Assembly (NCBI GenBank): GCA_903825415.1
Contig: CAIKAN010000051.1
Coordinates: 1-51,816 of the forward strand
Origin: an uncultured bacterium
GTDB lineage: Bacteria > Patescibacteriota > Minisyncoccia > Phycocordibacterales > PALSA-1337
Direction of reading: 5' to 3'
Length of the DNA: 51,816 bases
Position numbers and translations under genes: made by a program. Shown here piece by piece: positions 43,435-51,816 of the stretch (the first letter of the stretch is position 1; every line of letters starts with the position of its first letter). A model generated the notes under the pieces. The model made no database searches and had not been told where the DNA came from. It saw only the letters and a list, made by a program, of their open reading frames with translations.

Positions 43435-44562
43435 ATGAATAATCGTAAATCAATCATTATTATATTAGCAGCAGTCATTATAATAGCCATGGCGGCTGTG
43501 TTTATTGGAATAAGCCGTAGTAAATCGGCACAGCCAAACACAAGCAAGCAGACGATAGTGATAGGGATAACCCTGCCTCTCACCGGCGATGTGGCTATGC
43601 TCGGACAGAGCGCCAAGAATGCTATCTTACTGGCGCAGAAACAATTGCCCAAAGACCTCAAATATGACTACAAGCTAGTCTTTGAAGATGATCAATTCAG
43701 GCCTGCCTTGGGTGCGACCATAGCGAATAAGCTGATCAGTATAGACCATGCCGACGCTCTCATCTCATTCGGTTCGCCGGTGGGGAGCGTCATCAGCCCT
43801 ATTGCGGAAAGGGCGCAGATACTTCACGTGAATGATTTCGCTTCGGCTTCCCATGTGGCCGATGGCGAATTCAACTTCGTGGACTATACGCCTCCTTATG
43901 AAGATTCAAAGCTTTTCGTCCAAGAATTGGAGAAGCGCAATATAAAGAAGCTCGTCTTCTTTGCCCAGCAGGATAATCAGGGCGTGGCTTCTATTATCAG
44001 CAACTTTGAAAGGGATATGAAAGGCACCTCTATAGCCATCTTGTCTACGCAGAAATTCAATACAGGGACAAGAGATTTCAAGACAAATATCGATGAAGTG
44101 AAGAATCTGGGTGCAGACATATATGTCTTGGAAGCGACTACTCCTGAATTGGAAATCCTCACAAAACAGATACGCCAAGCGGGTATCACCGCGCCGGTGA
44201 CTACCATGGAAGCTTTTGAATTCTCCGATCAGCTGTCTCTCTTCGAGGGTATGTGGTATGTGAATGGAGCTGATCCTACTCAACAGTTTGTGGATCAATA
44301 TACACTAGAGTATGGGCAGATCCCTAAATTCGGCGCTGCCAATGCTTATGATGTGCTCAACCTGGTTGTGAAAGCTGTTGAATCCGCAGGGAACGGTACA
44401 CTCAAACCGACGCGCATCGAGATCAAAGATGCCATGGCAGCTATCCCTGAATTCGATGGGGCGCTCGGCAAGCATCTTACGATCGATTCGAATGGAGTCG
44501 TCGATTCAAAGGCGGTGGTCAGAATGATCAAGGATGGGAAAGCGGTAACGATAAAGCCGTAG
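43435..44562 (+). CDS. ABC transporter substrate-binding protein (Leu/Ile/Val-type, Peripla_BP_6)
   Basis: N-terminal anchor, then IGITLPLTGDVAMLGQSAKNAILLAQ. Confidence 0.8.
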   Translation: MNNRKSIIIILAAVIIIAMAAVFIGISRSKSAQPNTSKQTIVIGITLPLTGDVAMLGQSAKNAILLAQKQLPKDLKYDYKLVFEDDQFRPALGATIANKLISIDHADALISFGSPVGSVISPIAERAQILHVNDFASASHVADGEFNFVDYTPPYEDSKLFVQELEKRNIKKLVFFAQQDNQGVASIISNFERDMKGTSIAILSTQKFNTGTRDFKTNIDEVKNLGADIYVLEATTPELEILTKQIRQAGITAPVTTMEAFEFSDQLSLFEGMWYVNGADPTQQFVDQYTLEYGQIPKFGAANAYDVLNLVVKAVESAGNGTLKPTRIEIKDAMAAIPEFDGALGKHLTIDSNGVVDSKAVVRMIKDGKAVTIKP

Positions 44563-44667
44563 TGTTTGGAGGTAATTAACAAAGAACCGATCCTTGGGGC
44601 GGTTTTTTGTTTATTTGCGATATGCTATCCTTTAACGTATAACCTCACACATACAGGCATTTAATTC

Positions 44668-45534
44668 ATGGACATCCTCCCTCAACTGATCTTGAATAGC
44701 ATCATCGCCGGAGCCATCTATGCCATGATCGCTCTAGGCTTCAACCTCATCTATGGCACCACCAAATTCTTTGATTTGGGATACGGCGCTCTCACGGCCG
44801 TCGGCGGATATGCCGTATTCTATTTTTACAAGACTCTCGGATTGGATCTCTATGTCTCGGTTCTGTTCGGGATATTGATCGCTGGTACGATCGGAATGGT
44901 CATATACAAGCTGGTCTATTCTCCCTTGAGGAAAAAGAAATCTTCAGGCATGGTCCTCCTCGTCGCTTCTCTTGGCGTGCTCACAGCCATGCAGGCGATC
45001 ATCGCCATCCTCTTCACCAGCCAATTCCAGACGCTATCGCAGAATGCTGGTTCAGAGAGAGTCTTCAATATCTTGGGAGGGGTGATTACACAGACTCAAT
45101 TGATCACTCTGGTGATCGGGCTCCTGATCATGGTCGCTATCGCTCTAGTCTTCCGATTCACCCTCTTCGGCAAAGCGGTCAAAGCCATAGGCGACGATGA
45201 AGAGGTCTCCAAGATCGTGGGCATCAATACCAATAAGATAGTCAGCCGAGTATTCTTCATCGGTTCAGCCATCGGCGGTCTGGCGGGCATACTCATAGGT
45301 TTTGATACGGGAATAGAACCCACCATGGGATTGTCCTTGCTTTTGAAAGGAGTGATAGCCTGCATCATTGGCGGCATAGGCAATGTCTATGGCGGAGTGA
45401 TCGGAGCCTTCCTTCTGGCCTTCATCGAGAATTTCGGAATCTGGAAGATATCGGGAGAGTGGAAAGATGCGATAGCGTTTGCGGTGCTGATATTGTTTTT
45501 ATTATTTAGACCCCAAGGAATTTTACGGAAGTAA
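44668..45534 (+). CDS. livH: branched-chain amino acid ABC transporter permease (LivH type)
   Basis: 288-aa polytopic protein, NSIIAGAIYAMIALGFNLIYG.... Confidence 0.85.
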   Translation: MDILPQLILNSIIAGAIYAMIALGFNLIYGTTKFFDLGYGALTAVGGYAVFYFYKTLGLDLYVSVLFGILIAGTIGMVIYKLVYSPLRKKKSSGMVLLVASLGVLTAMQAIIAILFTSQFQTLSQNAGSERVFNILGGVITQTQLITLVIGLLIMVAIALVFRFTLFGKAVKAIGDDEEVSKIVGINTNKIVSRVFFIGSAIGGLAGILIGFDTGIEPTMGLSLLLKGVIACIIGGIGNVYGGVIGAFLLAFIENFGIWKISGEWKDAIAFAVLILFLLFRPQGILRK

Positions 45535-45541
45535 ATTACAT

Positions 45542-45583
45542 GAATTTTCAATTTTCAAATTCCAATTTACAATCAATTTTCAA
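45542..45583 (+). repeat. 42-nt intergenic repeat, copy 2 (fills the livH-livM spacer)
   Basis: Identical to 34919-34960. Confidence 0.95.
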
Positions 45584-45589
45584 TAAATC

Positions 45590-46456
45590 ATGGAATACTT
45601 GATTCACATCGCCATACTGATCTCCATCTACGCCATCCTTGGCCTTTCCTTAAACCTGGTCATCGGCTATACCGGCCTGCTTTCTATTACCCAAGCCGCC
45701 TTCTACGGTATAGGCGGTTATGTGACAGCCATACTCCTCACTTCAACAGGCATGAATTTCTTTTTGGCTCTGATCATCGGCATGATCATCACTGGAATTT
45801 GTAGCTTGGTCATCGGTTTCGTTCTTTCCAAATTCAATGACGACTATTACGCTCTAGGCTCATTCGGCTTCAACGTCATTATCTATAGCATCTTTCTTAA
45901 TTGGCAATCTCTTACCCGAGGCCCGCTTGGCATTCCGGGGATTCCCAGACCATCGCTTTTCGGCTTTACATTTTCGGAGAATTTCTCATTTTTGATACTT
46001 TCCCTAGTCTTCCTTGTCATCATCTATTATATCTCCCGATTCATAACCACCTCTTCTTTCGGTAGAGTATTGAAAGCGATCAGGGAAGATGAAGAAGCGA
46101 TCTCGGTCTTCGGCTATCATACTCTCTGGTTCAAGCTCGCTATCTTCGTCGTGAGCGCCATGATGGCTGCAGTAGCCGGCTCTCTATTCGCCAGCTATAT
46201 AACTTTCATCGATCCTTCGAGCTTCACTCTGACCGAATCGATCTTCATCCTCGCTATAGTCATCCTTGGCGGATTGGCGAACAATAAAGGGGCGATGCTC
46301 GGTGCCGTCTGTCTCATCCTGCTTCCGGAGATATTGCGCTTCGTGGGATTCCCCGACGATATCGCGGCGCAGATGAGGCAGGTCACTTATGGAGTCATCT
46401 TGATAGTGCTGATGATGTATAGGCCGCAGGGGCTTATCGGAGAATATAGGCTATAG
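45590..46456 (+). CDS. livM: branched-chain amino acid ABC transporter permease (LivM type)
   Basis: GYTGLLSITQAAFYGIGGY and a polytopic profile. Confidence 0.85.
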   Translation: MEYLIHIAILISIYAILGLSLNLVIGYTGLLSITQAAFYGIGGYVTAILLTSTGMNFFLALIIGMIITGICSLVIGFVLSKFNDDYYALGSFGFNVIIYSIFLNWQSLTRGPLGIPGIPRPSLFGFTFSENFSFLILSLVFLVIIYYISRFITTSSFGRVLKAIREDEEAISVFGYHTLWFKLAIFVVSAMMAAVAGSLFASYITFIDPSSFTLTESIFILAIVILGGLANNKGAMLGAVCLILLPEILRFVGFPDDIAAQMRQVTYGVILIVLMMYRPQGLIGEYRL

Positions 46457-46476
46457 TGGTTTATCGATATATCTTC

Positions 46477-47067
46477 ATGACCAAACCTTCCAAGAAAAAG
46501 ATAGGCATAGATTTCGACGATGTCATATTCGGCTTCAATAGGGCTTTCATAGTATTCCAAAAAGAGAGATATGGCATCGATCTGCATTATGAAGACATTA
46601 TTACTTTCGATATAAATCAGGTTTGGAACATGAGCAAAGACGAGAGCTTTCGTCGCGTAGATGAATTCCTCATGTCTCCGTATCACGATATGGCCAAGCC
46701 TGTTCCTGGAGCAGCGGAGGCGATAAATATCTTAAAAGAGAGGCATGAGCTTCATATCGTCACTTCAAGGAAGGAAGAGGTGCGTGGCAGGACTATCGCC
46801 TGGTTGGACAAAGCATTTCCTGGAGCCTTTGCCGGCGTGCATTTCACTGGTCAGTTCTCCAAGGGCGGCGGTAAGGTTTTGAAATCAGAAGTCTGCAAGC
46901 AGCTCCTTGTTGATACATTCGTGGAAGATGCTCTGGTATATGCTCATGAGATTGCTGAAGCAGGCATCGATGTATTCCTGCTAGATTCTCCATGGAATCA
47001 AGAACGGACTATGCCAACTGTTACCCGCGTCAAGTCTTGGGATGAAATCGTGGAGAAGATGGATTGA
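46477..47067 (+). CDS. HAD-superfamily 5'(3')-deoxyribonucleotidase-like (NT5C) protein
   Basis: IGIDFDDV (DxD nucleophile motif) and IVTSR. The ORF-track GTG start at 46456 is the alternative. Confidence 0.65.
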   Translation: MTKPSKKKIGIDFDDVIFGFNRAFIVFQKERYGIDLHYEDIITFDINQVWNMSKDESFRRVDEFLMSPYHDMAKPVPGAAEAINILKERHELHIVTSRKEEVRGRTIAWLDKAFPGAFAGVHFTGQFSKGGGKVLKSEVCKQLLVDTFVEDALVYAHEIAEAGIDVFLLDSPWNQERTMPTVTRVKSWDEIVEKMD

Positions 47068-47071
47068 GCTA

Positions 47072-47100
47072 TAAAAAATACACCCAGCCGAAGCTGGGTG
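47072..47100 (-). terminator. intrinsic terminator between convergent genes
   Basis: CACCCAGC-cgaa-GCTGGGTG. On the minus strand it is followed by TATTTTTTAT. Confidence 0.75.
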
Positions 47101-47123
47101 ATGCGGTTATGGGTTGGTCGTCG

Positions 47124-47546
47124 CTAGACGAGACGGATGCCGTATCGTTCTTGGACGACTCCGGGGAATCTCGACAAGTCATTGCCACAGTCATTCGTCA
47201 GAACCGTGTTCAGGTCGATATGTTTGACGATGACTAGAACTGTGCCCAGGCACCAGACGCCGAAGATTTCCAAGGCGCTTTGAATCGTCGGCACCTGTTT
47301 CGGATAACAGATGAACGGGCGTTCCCCATTTCGAGATGGGTGAATGTGCAGCCTCTGTTGACTTAGTAGAGTGGCGTTCGGTTCGACAAGCTCAAGCTCG
47401 TGATGCATGCCTTGCGGCACTTCCCCGAATCTTTTGTAGAAATCCTCCGGATCCAGATGGAGTTGGGCAGTGGAATTCGAAGTGTGGACTATTGCCGTGA
47501 AGCAGTGACGCTCGCGGCCAGATACTACATTGATGATCATTCTCAT
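47124..47546 (-). CDS. hypothetical protein (140 aa)
   Basis: ORF with its own terminator. No family recognised. Confidence 0.45.
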   Translation of the reverse strand: MRMIINVVSGRERHCFTAIVHTSNSTAQLHLDPEDFYKRFGEVPQGMHHELELVEPNATLLSQQRLHIHPSRNGERPFICYPKQVPTIQSALEIFGVWCLGTVLVIVKHIDLNTVLTNDCGNDLSRFPGVVQERYGIRLV

Positions 47547-47645
47547 AAATTATTATCTCTCGAGCAAATACTATGCCAAAAATCATTATTGTCAAGGCAA
47601 CGTCGCTGCTGTAAGATATACGCTGTATCAATATGTCGCATCTCC

Positions 47646-48731
47646 ATGTCTAAAAAAATAATCTGGTCTCTTGTCCTGGTTATCATCATAGTCATAGCTT
47701 TCACCGCCATGACGAATGTCCATTTTGGCCATGAAAAATATTCCGGCGTGAAGATGGGCGTGATCATACCTATGACAGGCGATTATGCCGCTATAGGTGA
47801 AGAATTGCAGAGAGGCATAGAGCTCGGCGTCGATCGGCTCAATTCACAGGGAGTGAATATCACAGCGGTATATACTGATGACGGATTCGATCCAAAGAAT
47901 GCCGTCTCTGCCGCTAATAAGCTCATCTCGGTAGACAAGGCGGATTTTGTTGTCCTCTTTTCTGTAGAAGAAGCTAGGCCAGTGATTTCGATATTCGATA
48001 AGGCCAAGATCCCGCTCGTGGTCCTTTGGGACAGCAATTCATTCTTGGAAAGCGCCGGACCGTATATCTATAGCAATGGATATTCTACGGAAAAGAGCGG
48101 ACAGAAGATGGCCGATTTTGCTTTCAATGATCTCAAGATGAAGAAGGTAGCTGTTGTAAGCCATATCGATGCTTGGTCGGATATCATTTCTAGAGCATTC
48201 ATAGAGAGATTCGAAGGGGTAGGCGGCACGATAGTCTTTAATGATCCTGAACCTGTAGGAACTTCTGATTTCAAGGCGGTTATCGCCAAGGTTAAATCAA
48301 ATAACCCGGACGGGATATATGCCCCGCTCATACCTCCGGATTCTATATCATTCATAAAACAAGCAGATCAATATGGTTTAAAGGCATCTGTCATGAGCGG
48401 AGATGCCTTATTGCAGGATGTCATCGATGCAACAGGAAAAGCATCGGATGGTATATATTTCACCAACGCATATGTTGAGAACCCTGAGTTGTCAGTCTTT
48501 TATGAGCGATCGTATAGGAAGCAGCCTGCTTATCTCGTCTATGTGGCTGCTGGCTATGACGGAATATTGAAGATAGGCGATGCTCTCAAGCCTTCGGAAG
48601 ATATCAAGACTACGCTAGATGGATTATTCGGCGATGCGAGAGTCGCTGATAGGGAAGAGAAGCTGTATCAGGTGAAGTCAGGGAAAGCGGAGGAGGTGAT
48701 AGCGACGAGTACGGATATGAGCGGTCTATAG
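47646..48731 (+). CDS. ABC transporter substrate-binding protein (Leu/Ile/Val-type)
   Basis: Start set to ATG 47646 (MSKKIIWSLVLVIIIVIAF). Also GVIIPMTGDYAAIGEELQRGIELG. Confidence 0.8.
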   Translation: MSKKIIWSLVLVIIIVIAFTAMTNVHFGHEKYSGVKMGVIIPMTGDYAAIGEELQRGIELGVDRLNSQGVNITAVYTDDGFDPKNAVSAANKLISVDKADFVVLFSVEEARPVISIFDKAKIPLVVLWDSNSFLESAGPYIYSNGYSTEKSGQKMADFAFNDLKMKKVAVVSHIDAWSDIISRAFIERFEGVGGTIVFNDPEPVGTSDFKAVIAKVKSNNPDGIYAPLIPPDSISFIKQADQYGLKASVMSGDALLQDVIDATGKASDGIYFTNAYVENPELSVFYERSYRKQPAYLVYVAAGYDGILKIGDALKPSEDIKTTLDGLFGDARVADREEKLYQVKSGKAEEVIATSTDMSGL

Positions 48732-48733
48732 GG

Positions 48734-49564
48734 CTAGTCTTTGATATCTTTCAAGATATCTCTCATGGCCCGATTATGGTCGATTTTCCGGCTGCCTTCT
48801 TTAACGAAAGAGAACATATCTTTTAGGAATGCCGTCATATTCCTATTCGTTATCTCTATTGCGACTTCTTCATGCCAATTGATCAGTAGGGAAGTGTCCT
48901 TGAATAGCCATAGCTCGGAATCATGATCGAAGCTGTCGTCTCTGAAAAAAGAATAGTCCGCCATGCGCCCCTCCAAGCTCTTGATCGAGGCTCTGAACTT
49001 CTTCGGATCTGCCGCGATCTCTTTCTTGTACGCATTGTATGCGCTCTCGTTCAGGATTCCATCGATGATCAGGCGATTCTTTTTGATGGTCTCATTGAAT
49101 CTCACCAGCTGTTTGGGAGTGATCCTCTCTAGGAGCTTATTGTATGATCGGTGGTGCTGAATAGCTCGGATGCGCTCGTCTTTGTTCTCCGAAGCGATGC
49201 GCTCGTATGCGGGAATGATCTCTTTGACTCCAACATGAATTATGAACTCATCCTCCTTTGAGGTCTTGATCCTGGCGCCCTGTCTCTTAGTGTTAGATCC
49301 CCTCATTCCGTCGAGAGCTCTTTGCAGTTCATCCATCAATTCCTCATCAGTCAAAGCTACATATGACCTGCGCTTGCCTTTCCTAAGTATCCGAATAAAG
49401 CCTCTTTCCGCGAGGTGGTCGAGACAATAGTTTACACCAGTCCTAGATATACCAGTCTCTCCGGAAATGATCCGCACATTTTTTGGGGCTGAAAGCGCAT
49501 TCAGGATGTCTCTTTCTGTTCGGCTTAAGCCGAGGATGTCATGTATGGCTGAAGTGGAATTCAT
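48734..49564 (-). CDS. TrmB/MarR-like wHTH regulator (paralog type 2)
   Basis: LSRTERDILNAL...ISGETGISRTGVNYCLDHLAERGFI plus a long C-terminal domain ending like the other two regulators. Confidence 0.6.
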   Translation of the reverse strand: MNSTSAIHDILGLSRTERDILNALSAPKNVRIISGETGISRTGVNYCLDHLAERGFIRILRKGKRRSYVALTDEELMDELQRALDGMRGSNTKRQGARIKTSKEDEFIIHVGVKEIIPAYERIASENKDERIRAIQHHRSYNKLLERITPKQLVRFNETIKKNRLIIDGILNESAYNAYKKEIAADPKKFRASIKSLEGRMADYSFFRDDSFDHDSELWLFKDTSLLINWHEEVAIEITNRNMTAFLKDMFSFVKEGSRKIDHNRAMRDILKDIKD

Positions 49565-49705
49565 GGAAATAGTATAACAAATGACTAATAATTAGGCAAT
49601 TGCAAACTGCAATATGTCGCTATAAATGAGGGCGTATTCAAAATACATCTGAAACTAGTATACATTATATGCAACACAAACAGTGCCATGTATACTATTA
49701 TGACT

Positions 49706-50809
49706 ATGAATAAAACAAGCAAAATAGCGATCGGTGCGGTTGCGATAATTCTACTTATTATTGGTATTAAAGCAGCAATTAAACCTAAGGAAGCAGGTGT
49801 ATTGAAGATAGGTGTGATCTCTTCTTTGACTGGAGATTATGCGGCCATTGGTGAGAATATGGTCAAAGGTATAAAGGTGGCGGAATCAGTATATGAAGCC
49901 AAGACTGGCAAAAAGATCGATTTGGTCATCGAAGATGATGCCGGCGATGGAGCCAAGGGTTTGGCAGCTTTCCAGAAGCTTTCACAGATCGATCATGTCC
50001 AAGGTTTGATCAATCTGCTTACTCCGACTATGGACACTATCTATGGACCTGCTAAAGCTGCAGGATATCCAGTGATGATGGAAGCCTTCCAGGCTCATAA
50101 TGTAGCGGATGATTATGTTTTCCAAATGACTCCCGGAAACGATGCGGTCTGGCCGAAATATGCCGACCATATCAAGAATAGCGATTATGATCTGAGTAAT
50201 GTGGTTCTGGTCTATTCAAACGCTGCAGCCCAGGAATCCTTCGCTAAGTCTTTTGCTGGCTATTTCGGTATGAAGACGAGCTCTTATCCGGTCTCGTCGA
50301 ATAAGAATGACTTGCGATCTGATGCGGCAAAGATCGTCTCCATGAAGCCGACGACGATCATATTCTTTATGACTCCGGATGATGGCGCTCTGCTCACCAA
50401 GGCCTTGCTTCCCATCAAGAGTCAGACGACTAGATTGATCTATGACATACAGCTTGTGACAGGCGTGTCTAATTACAAGAAGATCTTAGGAGGATTGAAT
50501 GGTATCGATGGCGCGATCACTCTTAGTCCCGAAGGAGACCGCGATCAACAGTTCATCGATGCCTATCATAAGATCTATCCTAACGAAGACCCGGGCTTCC
50601 TGTCTGATTTCGGCTATGACACTTTCATGGTCTACATGGATAATTATGACAAGGACAATGCCAAATGGATCGCCAATCTTCGCACGGTCGATACGAAAGG
50701 CGCGAGCGGGCAGATCAGGTTCGATAAGGATGGGATACGATTGCCGGACTTGGTAATCAAAAAAGTGGTAGATGGCGAACTACAGAATGTGACGAGATTG
50801 AAGTTTTGA
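49706..50809 (+). CDS. ABC transporter substrate-binding protein (Leu/Ile/Val-type)
   Basis: Start set to ATG 49706 (MNKTSKIAIGAVAIILLIIG). Also IGVISSLTGDYAAIGENMVKGIKVA. Confidence 0.8.
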   Translation: MNKTSKIAIGAVAIILLIIGIKAAIKPKEAGVLKIGVISSLTGDYAAIGENMVKGIKVAESVYEAKTGKKIDLVIEDDAGDGAKGLAAFQKLSQIDHVQGLINLLTPTMDTIYGPAKAAGYPVMMEAFQAHNVADDYVFQMTPGNDAVWPKYADHIKNSDYDLSNVVLVYSNAAAQESFAKSFAGYFGMKTSSYPVSSNKNDLRSDAAKIVSMKPTTIIFFMTPDDGALLTKALLPIKSQTTRLIYDIQLVTGVSNYKKILGGLNGIDGAITLSPEGDRDQQFIDAYHKIYPNEDPGFLSDFGYDTFMVYMDNYDKDNAKWIANLRTVDTKGASGQIRFDKDGIRLPDLVIKKVVDGELQNVTRLKF

Positions 50810-50876
50810 AGGGGAGGATTTCCTATCGCTGATAAGCAGCCTCACTCTCAAATGGCAGTCGTCAGTCGGCTGCCAT

Positions 50877-51623
50877 TTATCGTTTGTTATAATTTTTCCA
50901 CATGAGATCGAATATCTCTTTGATTGTTTTCGCTAGATCCCTGTTCTCTATCACCACGGCCTGATTGTTGCGATTCAACATGATCCTTACGATATTTGAG
51001 AATGTATCTATGGATACAGACGATGAATATACGGAATAGGGAAGTATGACGGCCAAGCGCTTGAATAGAGCATCGGTCTTTCGGAATCTCGCAAGCGACG
51101 GATGATCAGGGACGAAGACTTTCAGTGAGATATCGTTCTTTGCGCACCATTCGCTGTATTCCTCGCAGATAGTCAGAAGCTTGGGTGACATATCCTTGGC
51201 TTCAGCGTAGAAGCCGACTATCTCTTTGCCCTTGCATTCCTCCATCCCATAATACAGAGCCTCTTTATAAGCCTTCAGTCCCTCAAAGTGAAGGACGTTC
51301 ATTTTTTCCGGCCTCGATCCGCCCATGGATTTTAGAGATGGCAGCAGCTGCTCGGTATCGTTCAAACGCTGTTTGGCATCGCGCAGAAGAGCATCAGGGG
51401 GCACTGGCTTGTACAGCCTTTTTGTCGCTCTGGGTATGCGGAGCGCCGCTCCTTTGTCTACTAGCTCATCGAGGATGACATAAGCAGTCGGCTTCTTGAG
51501 CCCGGACTGTTCGGATATGGCATATGCCGAACCTTTTCCAAGCCTGAGAAGGGCTAGATAGACCTGCGCTTGCTTCTCATTGAAACCGAGATTGGCCAGA
51601 CCGGAGATGAGTTGATTTTCCAT
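50877..51623 (-). CDS. TrmB-family transcriptional regulator
   Basis: LANLGFNEKQAQVYLALLRLGKGSAYAISEQSGLKKPTAYVILDELVDKG. Confidence 0.75.
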   Translation of the reverse strand: MENQLISGLANLGFNEKQAQVYLALLRLGKGSAYAISEQSGLKKPTAYVILDELVDKGAALRIPRATKRLYKPVPPDALLRDAKQRLNDTEQLLPSLKSMGGSRPEKMNVLHFEGLKAYKEALYYGMEECKGKEIVGFYAEAKDMSPKLLTICEEYSEWCAKNDISLKVFVPDHPSLARFRKTDALFKRLAVILPYSVYSSSVSIDTFSNIVRIMLNRNNQAVVIENRDLAKTIKEIFDLMWKNYNKR

Positions 51624-51816
51624 GGATCATATAGTATGCCGTCGCGACGTATTAGTCAATAATTTTGATGACCAGTTATCATGAATAGCATTATTATCAC
51701 TAGGATAAAGGCTTTTATAGAAATATGCGCTATTCAAACTTTGTAACCTAATTTGCTATAGAAAGACAACCACGCTATGATTGCTTGCATTAATCAAGTA
51801 AATCCTATGAGGGATA

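Overview
A 51.8-kb, gene-dense bacterial window. The gene content and style look Patescibacteria/CPR-like: small genes, many single-domain response regulators, and a cytoplasmic histidine kinase with VTAKEKE-type repeats. That lineage call is inference only. Composition is mosaic. Hand counts of single 60-nt lines gave about 33% GC at 25.3 kb, about 42% at 22.9 kb and about 55% at 11.5 kb.

Backbone genes:
- Housekeeping: def-fmt, a priA-like gene, murA, mreB, holB-like, hpf, ridA, a nucleoside deaminase, NUDIX, an S9 peptidase and tspO.
- Signalling: a cluster of one histidine kinase and three receiver-only response regulators.
- Transport: a livH/livM permease pair with three Leu/Ile/Val-type binding proteins and three TrmB-like regulators, but no ABC ATPase in the window.

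Accessory or unusual content:
1. A tRNA-Asn(GUU) gene is split in its anticodon loop by a 569-nt group I (IC3-like) intron that carries an HNH endonuclease ORF.
2. Directly next to it lies a low-GC island of about 7 kb with a large serine recombinase whose ORF runs into the tRNA terminator and the tRNA 3' end. The island carries an eight-gene cargo operon: a papain-like/GNAT fusion, a ClpS-like protein, a TPR protein, an ASCH protein and small membrane and coiled-coil proteins.
3. A hairpin-rich non-coding stretch of about 290 nt sits between two terminators, upstream of a NYN-domain gene.
4. A tRNA-Gly(CCC) is followed by several copies of its own 3' end in both orientations. These flank a hicBA islet.
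5. Two genes are each interrupted by a single in-frame TAA: a Gfo/Idh/MocA oxidoreductase and a minimal class II aaRS-like protein.
6. An exact 42-nt intergenic repeat has an inverted partner, and a separate perfect 33-bp inverted repeat lies after mreB.
7. A high-GC block encodes secreted proteins that share a C-terminal motif.

I saw no CRISPR array and no rRNA. All functional calls come from motif recognition by eye; no database search was possible.
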